DNA of 64,000 nucleotides from positions 144,556 through 208,555 of the forward strand of contig JAWKNI010000007.1 of the NCBI GenBank assembly GCA_041391785.1. Direction: 5' to 3'. Position 1 is the stretch's first letter; each line of letters opens with the position of its first letter. Positions 1 through 11,587 of this stretch are shown piece by piece. The position numbers were made by a program, and so were the translations under genes. Source of the DNA: Flavobacteriales bacterium (GTDB lineage Bacteria; Bacteroidota; Bacteroidia; Flavobacteriales_F; PHOS-HE28). Below the pieces are notes generated by a model. That model saw only the letters and a program-made list of their open reading frames with translations, was not told the origin of the DNA and did no database searches.

Positions 1-2890
1 ATACCCATATCCTGTTGTGCCGACGTTACCTCCATTGGTCACGACCGTGGCGGTGCCGTCGCACGCCGCGAAGCAGATGGCATCGGTCACGGTGACGATC
101 GGTATGATCGCATCCGTGAAGATCACGGTCACCGTGTCCTCTGCTGCGCATCCATCGGGTGAGGTCACGCTCCATGTCAGCACATAGGCACCGCCGCTGC
201 TTGCGACCACGCCTGTGGTGGGTGCTGAAGCATCCTCGAAGGTGATGCCCACAGGTGCTGACCATGACCCTGAACTCCACGCACCTGTTGCATTCAAGGC
301 ATAGCTCAGATCACAACTAACCGCATCGGGTCCGGCATCGGGAGGTGCCACAACGAAGATGGTCGCTGTTGCACTGGCGCTCGCATCGGGGCATGGCAGG
401 ACGCCGAAAACCGTGTAGGTATACATGCCCGGCGGATCCGTGGACGGATCGAATGATCCACTGCTGGGCACCCCCCCGGGTCCGGTCCACGACCCGCCGA
501 CCATGGGGTCACCACCAAGGATGTCGATCAATTGTATCGGTGCCGTCTCCGGGCACAAGGTGATCGTCCCATCGCTTCCAGCGTCCGGCAGTGTGTTCAC
601 GGCGACATCGACCACGGCACTCATTGCCGGGCAGGGCGCCATGCCCGGAACAGTATAGGTGTAAGCACCTGGTGTGTCCTCACCGATGCTGAACACACCT
701 TCCATGCTGCCATCCGGACCGTTCCATGTGCCACCAATGTCCGGCGCACCGCCCAACTCACCGTACAACAACAGCGGCGGGTCGTTGGAACACAAGGTGG
801 CCGCACCGTTCGTTCCGGGATCGACGGCCTGAACAACGGAGACACTGACCAGTGCTGTATCGTTGACGCATGGCGTGGGCACGACGATCACATATCGGTA
901 GCTCCCTGCGGGATGCATGGAGGGGTCGAATGTTCCAGTAAAGGGTGCGCCGCTGGGTTGCAACCAGATACCGCCTGCATCCGGACTTCCTTCAAGTTCA
1001 TTGTTCAGGTCGATCGCACCATCGCTACTGCACAATGTCACGGACCCATCCTGGCCGGCATCGGCGTCCAAAAGCACATTCACATTCACCATGGCCGATA
1101 CCGCCGGGCAGGGTGTGGGGCTTGCCAGTGTGTACACATACGTTCCGTTCGGGTCCGTTCCCGGAACGAAGGGCCCCTGGAACGCACCATCCGGACCTGT
1201 CCAAGCCCCACCGGGATCAGCACCGCCCAAGGCAGGGAACAGGTCTATCGGATCCCCGCTCACACACAGGTTCAAAGTGGCATCGGACCCAGGGAAAGAC
1301 GCTTCGGAAAGGCCGACAGTAACGATGGCCATTGCGGCCGGGCATGGTGCGGTCCCGTTCACCGTATAAATGTGATCACCAGCGAGGTCCACTGCCGGGT
1401 CGAAGGTCCCGTTGAACACACCTGCAGGACCGCTCCATGTTCCGTTCGCCGAGGGCGTTCCATTCAGGATGGTGAAGAGATCGATCGGCGCACCTGAAAC
1501 GCACAACTGGATCGTGGCGTTCCCACCCGCGTCCGGCGGTTCCACGACATCCACGGTGACCGTCGCACTCACGCTCATGCAGGGTGGTGGTACGCTGATG
1601 GTGTACGTGTAAACACCGCCGGGATCGGCCGCAGGGTCGAACGTGCCATTGAAGGGTGTACCGTTCGGTGTGGTCCAGCTGCCTCCCGGGTCCGGAGAGC
1701 CTTCGAGGCGCTGGAACAGATCCAACGGGTCGTCGGTGCGGCACAACATGGCATATCCGGGTCCGCCTGGATCCGGGATGTCCACGACCGTTACGATGAC
1801 CACAGCGGCATCATCCGGGCACGGTGCGGTTCCGGTCACAGTGTAGGTATATGCGCCAGGTGGCATTGAGGCCGGATCGAACAACCCACCGGGGATCGGT
1901 ACCGGGCCACTCCAAGTCCCGCTGGACTGCGGCGATCCGCCCAGCGCCGTGAAGAGATCGGCGGTAGGGCTGCTGATGCACTGCGTGGTGCTGCCGTCAT
2001 CACCGGCGTCCGGAGCTTGCACAACGTTCACTGTCACCGTAGAGCTCACATTCACGCAAGGAGGGGGCACATTGATCGTGTAGGTGTAAATGCCACCGAT
2101 CATCGTTGCCGGGTCGAACATGCCGCCTATCACAGCGCTCGGGCCGCTCCACGATCCACCTGCATCCGGGGTCCCTCCAAGCTCGCTGTACAGATCGATC
2201 GGCGTGTTGCTCGCGCACAATGTTGAATTCCCCGGTGTACCGGCATCAGGTGCCGCGACCACATTCACGGTGACCGTCGCACTGGCGGAGGGGCAGGGAG
2301 CAGAACCGATCACCGTGTAGGTGTAGTCACCGGCGGTCATCGTGGCCGGATCGAAGAGCCCACCGATCACCGGTGAAGGTCCGGACCATGATCCACCGGC
2401 ATCCGGCGTGCCGTTCAGCGCGGCGAACAGGGAGGCGGAAGGACCGCTGATGCACAATGTGAGCGAACCATCCGTGCCTGCATCCGGTGGTTGCACAAGG
2501 GTGATCGTCACGGTGCTGCTGACGCTGGTGCACGGGGGCGGCACCGCGATGGTGTACGTGTACACACCAGCGAGATCCGCTGCCGGATCGAAGAGCCCAC
2601 CGGGCACGGCACTGGGCCCGGACCATGTTCCACCGGCATCGGGTGTGCCTGTGAGGATGGAGAACAGATCGACGCTGGCTGCGGAAGTGCAAAGCGTGAG
2701 TGCTCCGGGCGAACCGGGATCCGGATCAAGGACCACATTCACGGTGACCGTCGCACTGGCGGAGGGGCAGGGAGCAGAACCGATCACCGTGTAGGTGTAG
2801 TCACCGGCGGTCATCGTGGCCGGATCGAAGAGCCCACCGATCACCGGTGAAGGTCCGGACCATGATCCACCGGCATCCGGCGTGCCGTTC
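1..2890 (-). CDS. C-terminal continuation (partial; runs off window start) of the giant repeat adhesin. Uninterrupted frame of 79-aa Ig-like repeats, with a SprB-type repeat beginning at the window edge.
   Basis: Manual minus-strand translation is open from 2890 down to nt 1 (e.g. ...GAYTYTVPGMAPCPAMSAVVDVAVNTLPDAGSDGTITLC...; last residues DAICFAACDGTATVVTNGGNVGTTGYGY look like an SprB repeat). It is absent from the ORF track only because no stop lies inside the window. Repeats at 2281-2755 and 2755-2890 are spaced 474 nt (in frame). Confidence 0.7.
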
Positions 2891-4845
2891 CGGTGCGGCG
2901 AACAGGGAGGCGGAAGGACGCTGAATGCACAATGCGAGCGCCCCATCGGTGCCTGCATCCGGTGGTTGCACAAGGGTGACATCGTCACCGTGCTGCGGAC
3001 GACATGGTGCACGGGGGCGGCACACGATGTGTACGTGTACACACCAGCGAGATCCGCTGCCGGGTCGATCGAGCCCGCCGGGCACGGGCACTGGGCCGGA
3101 CCAGGTTCCGCCGGCATCAGGTGTAGCCTGTGAGGATGGAGAACAGATCGGCGCTGGCTGCGGAGTGCAAAGGGTGAGTGCTCCGGCGACCGGATCCGAC
3201 AGGACCACATTCACGGTGACCGTCGCACTGGCGAGGGGCAGGGCAGAACCGATCCCGTGTAGGTGTAGTCACCGGCGGCCATCGTGGCCGGATCGAAGAG
3301 CCCACCGATCACCGGTGAAGGTCCGGACCATGATCCACCGGCATCCGGCGTGCCGCCAAGTTGCCCCAGCAATGGCACGGGTGGACTTGTGCACATGCCC
3401 GTCGGTGCCTGCATCTGCCGGAGTGTTGATGGTGACGGTCACATCGGCGCTCTCATCGGGGCACGGCGCTGTGCCAGGGACGGTGTACGTGTAGACGCCG
3501 GGGTTCATGGTCGCTGGATCGACATACCACCGACCACTGCACTCGGTCCGCTCCAGGTTCCGCCTGCATCAGGCGTGCCACCGAGTTGCGCGAAGAGGTC
3601 CGCCGCACCATCGTTGGAGCAGAGGCGATCGCCCCGTCGGTCCCCGGATCGGGCGGTGTGTTGATCGTGACATCCACCGTGGCGGAGACATCGGGGCACG
3701 GAGCGGTACCGGCCACGGTGTACACGTAGGCACCGGAACTCATCGTTGCCGGGTCGATCGACCCGCCGACCACCGGGCTTGGGCCGCTCCAGGTTCCGCC
3801 TGCATCAGGTGTACCGCCGAGCTGTGCGAAGAGATCGGCAGGGGCATCGCTGCTGCACAGGGTGATGTTCCCATCGGTGCCTGCATCTGCCGGAGTGTTG
3901 ATGGTGACGGTCACATCGGCGCTCTCATCGGGGCACGGCGCTGTGCCAGGGACGGTGTACGTGTAGACGCCGGGGTTCATGGTCGCTGGATCGATCATAC
4001 CACCGACCACTGCACTCGGTCCGCTCCAGGTTCCGCCGGCATCAGGCGTGCCACCGAGTTGCGCGAAGAGGTCCGCCGCGCCATCGGTGGAGCAGAGGGT
4101 GATCGCCCCGTCGGTCCCCGGATCGGGCGGTGTGTTGATGGTGACATCCACCGTGGCGGAGACATCGGGGCACGGAGCGGTACCGGCCACGGTGTACACG
4201 TAGGCACCGGAACTCATCGTTGCCGGGTCGATCGACCCGCCGACCACCGGGCTTGGGCCGCTCCAGGTGCCGCCTGCATCAGGTGTACCGCCGAGCTGTG
4301 CGAAGAGATCGGCAGGGGCATCGCTGCTGCATAGGGTGATGCTCCCGTCGGTGCCTGCATCTGCCGGAGTGTTGATGGTGACGGTCACATCGGCGCTCTC
4401 ATCGGGGCACGGCGCGCTTCCATTCACGGTGTACGTGTAGACGCCGGGGTTCATGGTCGCTGGATCGATCATACCACCGACCACTGCACTCGGTCCGCTC
4501 CAGGTTCCACCGGCATCAGGCGTGCCACCGAGTTGCGCGAAGAGGTCCGCCGCAGCATCGGTGGAGCAGAGGGTGATCGCCCCGTCGGTCCCCGGATCGG
4601 GCGGTGTGTTGATCGTGACATCCACCGTGGCGGAGACATCGGGGCACGGAGCGGTACCGGCCACGGTGTACACGTAGGCGCCGGAACTCATCGTTGCCGG
4701 GTCGATCGACCCGCCGACCACCGGGCTTGGGCCGCTCCAGGTTCCGCCTGCATCAGGTGTACCGCCGAGCTGTGCGAAGAGATCGGCAGGGGCATCGCTG
4801 CTGCACAGGATGATGCTCCCATCGGTGCCTGCATCTGCCGGAGTG
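2281..4845 (-). repeat. Tandem near-identical 474-bp (158-aa, i.e. 2x79 aa) coding repeats inside the adhesin gene. Two families, units at 99-100% nucleotide identity.
   Basis: 2281-2416 is identical to 2755-2890 (136/136). Units at about 3640-4114, 4114-4588 and 4588-4845 encode the same 158 aa three times with 2-3 substitutions. More diverged 79-aa repeats continue on both sides (about 200..5330). Confidence 0.85.
2891..3640 (-). pseudogene. Frame-disrupted stretch of the same adhesin gene: at least four small indels inside near-identical repeat copies. Likely sequencing or assembly error, less likely genuine decay.
   Basis: The local copies differ from intact neighbours by 1-bp indels. 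Example: 3601-3640 vs 4075-4115 (agaggcgatcgcc vs agagggtgatcgcc). Example: 3515 (ggatcgacatacc vs ggatcgatcatacc). Example: 2891 (gccgttccggtgcggcg vs gccgttcagcgcggcg). ORFs 2801..3214 and 3269..3508 begin in the true repeat frame and then run into junk. Confidence 0.6.
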
Positions 4846-7736
4846 TTGACCAAAATGGTCAGTGTGGCCTCATTATTCGGGCAGGTACCCATGCCAAGGA
4901 CGGTGTATGTGTAAATACCACCCATGTGCACGGCTGGATCGAATCCGCCGGTGAACTCGGCGCCGCTAGGATCCGACCATTCGCCACCACCTTCGGGCGT
5001 ACCCCCGAGCTGCCCTTGCAATGGGAACGGTGCGTCCGTCGCGCATACCATGATGCTGTTGTCCGTGCCGGCGTTCGGCGGCGTATCCTCAGTGACCGCG
5101 ACCGTTGCTGTCGCATTCGGGCAGGGAGCCATCCCGGTCACCGTATAGGTATACGTACCGGGTGCATGCACCGCCGGGTCATAGGTTCCAGGGAAGGCTC
5201 CGCTTGGTCCGCTCCACGTTCCACCGGCCATCGCCCCTCCGCCCAGTAGTGGGAACAAGTCCTGTGCGCCATCGCTGCTGCACACGGCCAGGCTGGTGGG
5301 TGTCCCCGCGTTGGGCAATGCCGAAACAGCCACAGTTACGGTGGAACTCACCGGCGCACCGCACGCTCCTGCGCCTCCCACCGTGTAGGTGTAAACACCG
5401 ATCGGATCGACCCCTGGCATGAAGTTCCCTGAATGGGCCGCTCCGCCCGGGGCCGTCCAGGTCCCACCGGCCGTTGGCGTGCCACCCAGTGCTGCGAACA
5501 ATGCGGTGGCCGGGGCATCCGCGCACAGCACCACAGAGCCGTCCGTTCCTGCATCACCGGATTGATCCACTGTGATCGTCACACAATCCGTTGAACTGCA
5601 GTCCGGGTGTCCGACCTGATGGACCGTTACGCAGTACTGGGTCGTTCCCGACACGGCGGCGATCGGGTTCGCGATGTTCGGATCGCTGAGGCCTGCGGTC
5701 GGCGACCAGCTGTACACATAGGCACCGCCCGGGCAATTCGCCACACCTGACCATGCCAACCCACCTCCGGGCCCCTGCGGCGATGCGTACAGCACACCAC
5801 CTGTCGCGTTGAAAAGGGTATACGATTGCTCTCCGTTGTAGATGTTACCGGTGGTATAGCTCACGGAAATGGTGCTGCCGGTCGATACCGGGATGTTCAC
5901 ACTTCCCTGCGAGCCTCCTGTCAGCCAGTACGAGGTGGATACACCATTCACAGTGATCACCACACGCGAGTTGTTCGAGCCCAGACCCAGGATGCCGGTC
6001 CAACCGTCGTTGGCCGAGTCGTACATCGTAAGCACGTACGTACAATTCGTGGGGAACCCGCCACTGACCACGCTTGCACCCAGCTGCACCGGCGTATTGC
6101 AGGTGCTCGCATCCGGTCCTGCGGAAACGACCGGCCCGGGGATGATGGTCACGGCGAGCGTCGTGTCGTAGTCACAACCGAAATTGTCCGTTACATGGAA
6201 GGTATAGTCGTAACTGCCGGTTGCGGGAGGCGTGACGCATGCCTGGCCACAATTCGCGCTTGTGCTGGAGATGTCCGGACCGGTCCAGTAACTGCTGTCG
6301 CAGGTCGCCCCATACACCGGTGTGAATTCGATCAGGTCGTCGTACAGCGAAGGGTCGAAGTCGATGCTCCAATCGCATACGAAACCATTGTCGGATGTCC
6401 ACAGGTCACAGATCTGCAAGGTCCAGGTGCCATTCAATTGCGATCCCAGCAGACCGTTCAGGTTGTTCAAGCTCTCGTAGGTACCGCTGGGCAATGTGCC
6501 GCCAGAGTTGTCCACCCAGGTGCCGTTCGTGGCCGTCGGACTGAAGCAATACTGAAAACAGGTGCCTTGCACATTGGGCGTATTGTCGTTGTCCACTGGA
6601 ATGCCCAGGAAGGTGTTACCTCCGTTCTGCTGATGCATCGTAACACTCTCGCCTGTAGGGCTGATGATGTTGACGACCAGGTCACCCATGTATGAATGTT
6701 CCATGTTGATGCAGATCGACAGCAGGTCATTCACCGAATTGAGTGTCTGGCCGGGGGCGAACTGCGTGAAGGTGATCTGTGAATCGAAGCACTCGCCAAC
6801 GTTGTCCGGCAGGAAGATGCCGCCACCCAGGTCCGTGTCCGGAAGTTCATTCCACGTTGTTCCTGTCACCACGCCATCAAGGCACAAGGTCTCACCCGCG
6901 CACCCGGTAAGGGTTCCCCCCGTCCCGGTGAAGGTCGGCGGTGTGCCCACCATGGTGACCAGATCCACGAGGTTCGTGCTGGCGCAGCCGTTGTCATCCA
7001 ACAGGTACAACTGTGCGGTGTAAGCACCAGGTTCCGCATACGTATGCGAAACGGAAGCACCTGCGTTGTTGAGGATCGTCCCATCCCCGAAGTCCCAACG
7101 ACGGGAGGCGATACCGAAACCGGGCGCGGCGAATGACCCACTGCTGTTGAATGTGACCGCTTCCCCCGGACAGATCAATTGCGCGCCGGCGCTTCCATGA
7201 GTGGCCACCGCCGTCGGGCGCTCGCAGGGCTGGTAACAGGTGATCGCTGCGGCGAATACCCCGAGCCCGGTGTTGTTCGAGTGAAAGACGATCGTCAGGC
7301 AGCCGGAGGGGTTGGATGCGGACGCCGAGATCACCTGCCCCTGCAGGCCATTGCCGGTCCAGTTGCCCATTGTCGGTGCCGCTGTACTGTTCCCATCGTG
7401 AATGGTCATGTTGTCGATCGGTGCAGCACCGTTCGTGGCCAGGTTGAAGGTGATCCAGTTCAGCGAGATGGCCCCACCGGGCGTATCCGGGCAGATCGTG
7501 TAGGTGATGTTCTCATTGTTCGAGTAGCCACCCGCGCCCTGCCCACCACTGTCCAACAGCGCCCCGGCGCATGTCGTGGCCGTTCCATTGAAAATGGTGA
7601 ATGCCTGGCCGTGGCAATGCGTCCAATGGCTTAGGAATGCCAAACCCGTGACCAGCAGGAACAGCAGTGGGCGCCGGTTCCGGATATTCTTTTGGAATAT
7701 GCTGTGGGACCTTTCCGCAGTGCTCTGGACAGGCAT
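3453..7736 (-). CDS. Giant secreted cell-surface repeat adhesin, N-terminal 1427 aa. Signal peptide, CUB-like domain, PKD domain, proprotein-convertase P-domain, then tandem 79-aa Ig-like repeats. Likely a T9SS type-B cargo whose CTD lies beyond the window.
   Basis: ATG at 7736 (the track's M1 at 7751 is TTG), followed by [38 protein letters not shown]...[10 protein letters not shown] is CUB-like. RWDFGDGT is [29 protein letters not shown]...[25 protein letters not shown] is a P-domain. Repeats follow of the form [12 protein letters not shown]...YTYTV..APCPD..A.V.VTIN. The ORF ends at 3453 only because of a frameshift near 3627. Confidence 0.8.
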   Translation of the reverse strand: MPVQSTAERSHSIFQKNIRNRRPLLFLLVTGLAFLSHWTHCHGQAFTIFNGTATTCAGALLDSGGQGAGGYSNNENITYTICPDTPGGAISLNWITFNLATNGAAPIDNMTIHDGNSTAAPTMGNWTGNGLQGQVISASASNPSGCLTIVFHSNNTGLGVFAAAITCYQPCERPTAVATHGSAGAQLICPGEAVTFNSSGSFAAPGFGIASRRWDFGDGTILNNAGASVSHTYAEPGAYTAQLYLLDDNGCASTNLVDLVTMVGTPPTFTGTGGTLTGCAGETLCLDGVVTGTTWNELPDTDLGGGIFLPDNVGECFDSQITFTQFAPGQTLNSVNDLLSICINMEHSYMGDLVVNIISPTGESVTMHQQNGGNTFLGIPVDNDNTPNVQGTCFQYCFSPTATNGTWVDNSGGTLPSGTYESLNNLNGLLGSQLNGTWTLQICDLWTSDNGFVCDWSIDFDPSLYDDLIEFTPVYGATCDSSYWTGPDISSTSANCGQACVTPPATGSYDYTFHVTDNFGCDYDTTLAVTIIPGPVVSAGPDASTCNTPVQLGASVVSGGFPTNCTYVLTMYDSANDGWTGILGLGSNNSRVVITVNGVSTSYWLTGGSQGSVNIPVSTGSTISVSYTTGNIYNGEQSYTLFNATGGVLYASPQGPGGGLAWSGVANCPGGAYVYSWSPTAGLSDPNIANPIAAVSGTTQYCVTVHQVGHPDCSSTDCVTITVDQSGDAGTDGSVVLCADAPATALFAALGGTPTAGGTWTAPGGAAHSGNFMPGVDPIGVYTYTVGGAGACGAPVSSTVTVAVSALPNAGTPTSLAVCSSDGAQDLFPLLGGGAMAGGTWSGPSGAFPGTYDPAVHAPGTYTYTVTGMAPCPNATATVAVTEDTPPNAGTDNSIMVCATDAPFPLQGQLGGTPEGGGEWSDPSGAEFTGGFDPAVHMGGIYTYTVLGMGTCPNNEATLTILVNTPADAGTDGSIILCSSDAPADLFAQLGGTPDAGGTWSGPSPVVGGSIDPATMSSGAYVYTVAGTAPCPDVSATVDVTINTPPDPGTDGAITLCSTDAAADLFAQLGGTPDAGGTWSGPSAVVGGMIDPATMNPGVYTYTVNGSAPCPDESADVTVTINTPADAGTDGSITLCSSDAPADLFAQLGGTPDAGGTWSGPSPVVGGSIDPATMSSGAYVYTVAGTAPCPDVSATVDVTINTPPDPGTDGAITLCSTDGAADLFAQLGGTPDAGGTWSGPSAVVGGMIDPATMNPGVYTYTVPGTAPCPDESADVTVTINTPADAGTDGNITLCSSDAPADLFAQLGGTPDAGGTWSGPSPVVGGSIDPATMSSGAYVYTVAGTAPCPDVSATVDVTINTPPDPGTDGAIASAPTMVRRTSSRNSVARLMQAEPGADRVQWSVVCRSSDHEPRRLHVHRPWHSAVPR

Positions 7737-7920
7737 TGTTCGCTTCCGCAACAGTGGTGGGAATGTTGAAAAGCGTGCGTAAAATAGTCTTCGTAACCGC
7801 CTGATCCACAGATGGGACCGCCTTTTGGACGAACACCCATTGGTTGATGATGGATCAAGGGGATCGAATGATGAATGCCTGCTTCGCGCAGGTGGAGTTA
7901 CCGATCATCGATCCACTGGA

Positions 7921-7946
7921 ACAAGAAAGGCCCTTGCATGAGGGCC
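7921..7946 (-). terminator. Intrinsic terminator after adhesin 2 (hairpin ggccct-tgcatg-agggcc, T-run on the minus strand).
   Basis: 6-bp GC-rich stem at 7929-7946. Minus-strand 3' flank is tttcttgt. Confidence 0.4.
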
Positions 7947-7969
7947 GTTCTTGATGATGGGAGGGAGGA

Positions 7970-10900
7970 CTACTTGACCAACGTCACATGGCCCACCAAC
8001 TCCTTTCTGGTCTCCGCTCCATCCACCTCGAAGCGTATGAGGTAGGGGAATACTCCTGGTGGTAGGATCTCGCCTCCGTTGTTTGCACTGCCCAGCCATG
8101 GCTGGTAGGGATCGGTGGTGGAATAGATCACCTGGCCCCAACGGTCGAAGACATACATCTCAAAATCACTGACAGCCGGCACGTTCGAGCTCATCCCCCA
8201 CGCATCATTGATCCCATCACCGTCCGGTGTGAATGCGTTCGGAACGTATGTGAAAAGAATATCATCGATCGTGATGTCGTGGCAGGTGGTGTCGACGCAC
8301 TGGTTCGTGTTCCAAGTCACCAGACAGACAGTGTACACCCCGGGTTCGCGGTCCGAGAACCGGAATTCGGTGTTCTGGTCGGTGGTGCTGAAGAGCCCCG
8401 CGATATCCCATTGGTAGCTGTTCGAGCCTGTCGAGGTGTTGAAGAAGCGGATCGTCGGATCGTTGATGTTCGCAGGGATCGGGCCCCAGGCGAAATCCGC
8501 TTCGACCGGTGGTGGGCCTGTTACGGTCACAGTGCCATCACCCGAACACCCATCGGCATTGCGGATCGAAACACTGTACACCCCCTCACAGGCATTCATC
8601 AATACCGCTTCCGGAGACCAGCTGGCCCCGGCATCATAGCTGTAACTCACCGCTTCGGTGTCCTGGATCTGTACCGTGCCATCACAATCCCCGGAACAGG
8701 TCACGGGTGTGCTTTGCACTGCATCGATCTCCAACTGCACAGGTTCCGAGATCACGACCGATGCGTCATTCGAGCAACCGTTGTCATCACTCACCGCAAG
8801 TCCGTAGGTGCCGGCGCACAACCCTGAAATGTCCATGAGTCCCGGGCCGGCATCTCCGTTGGACCAGGCATAGGAGAGGTCGGTCGCTGCATTACCACCA
8901 ATGACCGTGGCGCTGGCGGTTCCGTCACAGGCTGCGTTGCAGACGGCATCAGTCCATGTCAGGTCGATCACGATGGGGTCCGTCAGGGTCATTTGTACAC
9001 TATCAACAGTGTTGCAGAACGCACCATCGTTCTCCCGCCAGTAGAACCAATGTGTACCACCGCTTCCAACTGGAAGGGTCACAGTGGTCTGCGGAGCACC
9101 GGCATTTGCGAAGACAGCGCCCGCCGGCCCGGTCCATTGCCCCACACCGGTGTTGCCAGGGGTCGCATTCAGCCCGATGCTCAGCGTGCATGAGAAGTCC
9201 GGTTCACCTGCATCAGGAACACCGCAGCATGTGGGGTCGTTCGCAGGTATCACAGTGATATCCAAGGTCGCGTTCGCCACACAACCCGCAGGGCTCGTCA
9301 CGGTGTACACGTAAGTTCCCGAACTTCCGGTGGTGGGGTCGAAGGCATTGGGAATTACCGCACCGGTGGCCGTGGTCCAGGTGCCCCCCGCATCAGGGGT
9401 GCCGCCCAACGAGTCCGTCAGCTGTACGACCGAGGCCGTTGCACAGATGAGGAATGCAGCATCCGTCCCCGCATCGATGGAGGGATCCGGGCCGACCAGA
9501 ACACTGTCCACCACGGCGCATTCCGGATGGCCCACCGGATAAGCCGTCAGGTAGTACCAGGTCGGCGTCGTGGTATAGACTTCCGTGGTCAGGCTTGTGG
9601 GATCGGTAAGCCCGGTGGCCGGGCTCCACACGTATTCCGCAGCTCCGGTGCCGCCACCACAGGTTATCGTTCCGGAGTACAACTGCCCGTTCGACGGGCC
9701 ATTGCCCGATTGAAAAACGTTGTTCCCCTGGTCATTCAGCAGTATGAAGGAGTTCTGGTTGTTGTTCAACCCAAGTGGCGCACCGGTATAACTGATCGTG
9801 ATCGGAGCGCCGGCCGATACAGGTATGTTGAAGGTCGAGAATCCCCCGGCCGCCAGGGTGTATGTATTGGATGTACCGTTCACGACCACCATCACGCTGG
9901 CCTGGCCTAAGAGACCGCCCCATCCATCGTTGGCGGTGTCGAACAGGTTCAACACGTAGGTACAGTTGGCACTTCCGGCATTCAGCAACTGTCCGGCCAT
10001 GGGTTCAGGATCGCTGCAGAGAACGATGTCCGGACCGGCTTCGATCTCCAGCGGCTCCGCGATCGTGAAGGTCACCGTGGTATCGTAGGAGCAGCCGAAG
10101 TTGTCCGTAACGACGAATGTGTACTGATAGTCGCCAGGACCTGTGGGGGTCGCGGTAGCGCTCAGCGGGTCGTTCGGGTCAGTTGTGAGGAATGGTCCGG
10201 ACCACGCAGCCGAATCCGGTGTGGAGCCCATGATCGGAGTGAATTCGACAAGGTCCGGGTACAGGTCCGGGTCGAAGCTGATGTCCCAGTCGCACAGGGA
10301 GCCATCATCCGCGGCCCACAGGTCCACCACGGTGAACGTCCAGGTGCCATTCAATGGGCAACCAACGAAACCGTTCATCGGATTCTCGCTCTCGTAGGTC
10401 CCGGCCGGAAGGGTGATGTTCCCACCGTTGTCGTCCCAAGTGCCATTCGTCGCACTCGGGCTCCAGCAATATTCCCAGCACGTGCCGATCGTTCCGGTGC
10501 TGGGGTCGCCAAGATCCATTCCACCCCCTCCTTGTTGTGTGAAGGTGACGGATTGCCCGTTCGGACAACTCGCAGAGATCACCAGGTCCCCTACGAACGT
10601 GTGCTCTAAACTGGCGCAGATGGTCAACAGGTCGTTCACATCGAGCAACGTCTGCCCTGGGTCGAACTGCGTGAATACGATCTCGCTGGTGAAGGGCACG
10701 CCCTGCAGGTCCGGCAATTGGACCGAAGGCCCGAAGTTGTTCTCCGGTTCGCTGGACCATGTGGTGCCCGCTACTACGGCGGTGAGGTCGATGGTCGCAC
10801 CCAGACAGGTCTCGGTACTGCCCACCGTTCCTTCAAAGGTCGGTGTCGTGCTCACCAGTACCTGCAGGTCCACCAACTCGGAACTGACGCAGTTGTTGTC

Positions 10901-11587
10901 ATCCAACAAGGTCAACTGCACCACATATTCGCCCGGCTCGCTGAAGGAGTGTTGTGCATTCTGTGTGGAAGCGGTCGTGCCATCGTCGAAATCCCAGGTG
11001 TATTGGGTGATGTTGAAACCCATGGCGGCGAATGAGCCGGAACCATCGAACGAAACGACCTCATCAGTGCATACCAAAGCGGGTGCGGCTTCACTCATGA
11101 ACGCGACCGGTATCGGCCGCTCACACGGCTCGTAACACGTGATCACCGCAGCGAATACCCCGGTGCCCGTGTTGTTGGATGTGAATTGCACGGTAAGGCA
11201 ACCGGTCGGGTTCGTGGACGACCCGGAAGTGACCTGCCCCTGGAGGGAATTGCCACTGTAATCCCCGATCAACGGGGCGCTCGTGTTGTCCCCATCATAG
11301 ACCCGGATATGGTCGATCGGTGCTGTCCCGGCAGTGCTCAGGTTGGCGGTGATCCATTGCAAGGAGATCGCACCACCAGGTGTATCCGGACAAACGACAG
11401 CGGTGTAATTCTCATTGTTCCCATATCCACCTGCGCCCTGTCCACCGCTATCCAACAAGGCCCCTTCACAGGCATTTATCGCACCCTGATCGATCTGGTA
11501 GGTGGTCTGGGCCACAAGTTGGGTCGTGGCTGCAAATACCAGCACCGATGGAAAGATGCCTCGCAATTGGAATATCCGCTCGATCAT
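7970..11587 (-). CDS. T9SS type-B-sorted SprB-repeat adhesin (1205 aa). Signal peptide, CUB-like domain, PKD domain, P-domain, SprB repeats, and a gliding-motility-type C-terminal domain.
   Basis: ATG at 11587: MIERIFQLRGIFPSVLVFAATTQLVAQ is a signal peptide (the upstream 53 codons of the track ORF are unlikely). The N-terminal 350 aa are paralogous to the 3453..7736 protein ([17 protein letters not shown]...ITCYEPCERP, YTWDFDDGT, and the P-domain ...GTWTFTVVDLWAADDGSLCDWDISF). SprB repeats are present (DLSYAWSNGDAGPG...CAGTYGLAVSDDNGC). The C-terminus VPNAFTPDGDGINDAWG...FEMYVFDRWGQVIYST matches the T9SS type-B CTD (TIGR04131-like). Confidence 0.85.
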   Translation of the reverse strand: MIERIFQLRGIFPSVLVFAATTQLVAQTTYQIDQGAINACEGALLDSGGQGAGGYGNNENYTAVVCPDTPGGAISLQWITANLSTAGTAPIDHIRVYDGDNTSAPLIGDYSGNSLQGQVTSGSSTNPTGCLTVQFTSNNTGTGVFAAVITCYEPCERPIPVAFMSEAAPALVCTDEVVSFDGSGSFAAMGFNITQYTWDFDDGTTASTQNAQHSFSEPGEYVVQLTLLDDNNCVSSELVDLQVLVSTTPTFEGTVGSTETCLGATIDLTAVVAGTTWSSEPENNFGPSVQLPDLQGVPFTSEIVFTQFDPGQTLLDVNDLLTICASLEHTFVGDLVISASCPNGQSVTFTQQGGGGMDLGDPSTGTIGTCWEYCWSPSATNGTWDDNGGNITLPAGTYESENPMNGFVGCPLNGTWTFTVVDLWAADDGSLCDWDISFDPDLYPDLVEFTPIMGSTPDSAAWSGPFLTTDPNDPLSATATPTGPGDYQYTFVVTDNFGCSYDTTVTFTIAEPLEIEAGPDIVLCSDPEPMAGQLLNAGSANCTYVLNLFDTANDGWGGLLGQASVMVVVNGTSNTYTLAAGGFSTFNIPVSAGAPITISYTGAPLGLNNNQNSFILLNDQGNNVFQSGNGPSNGQLYSGTITCGGGTGAAEYVWSPATGLTDPTSLTTEVYTTTPTWYYLTAYPVGHPECAVVDSVLVGPDPSIDAGTDAAFLICATASVVQLTDSLGGTPDAGGTWTTATGAVIPNAFDPTTGSSGTYVYTVTSPAGCVANATLDITVIPANDPTCCGVPDAGEPDFSCTLSIGLNATPGNTGVGQWTGPAGAVFANAGAPQTTVTLPVGSGGTHWFYWRENDGAFCNTVDSVQMTLTDPIVIDLTWTDAVCNAACDGTASATVIGGNAATDLSYAWSNGDAGPGLMDISGLCAGTYGLAVSDDNGCSNDASVVISEPVQLEIDAVQSTPVTCSGDCDGTVQIQDTEAVSYSYDAGASWSPEAVLMNACEGVYSVSIRNADGCSGDGTVTVTGPPPVEADFAWGPIPANINDPTIRFFNTSTGSNSYQWDIAGLFSTTDQNTEFRFSDREPGVYTVCLVTWNTNQCVDTTCHDITIDDILFTYVPNAFTPDGDGINDAWGMSSNVPAVSDFEMYVFDRWGQVIYSTTDPYQPWLGSANNGGEILPPGVFPYLIRFEVDGAETRKELVGHVTLVK

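Noticed and set aside
532-1497. 321-aa plus-strand ORF and other plus-strand ORFs in 345..3664
   Set aside because: Reverse-strand shadows of the repetitive adhesin coding sequence. The minus strand carries the real, recognisable protein frame.
2281-4845. Tandem repeats as a CRISPR array
   Set aside because: Units are 474 bp, protein-coding and in-frame, with no short-spacer architecture. No cas genes in the window.
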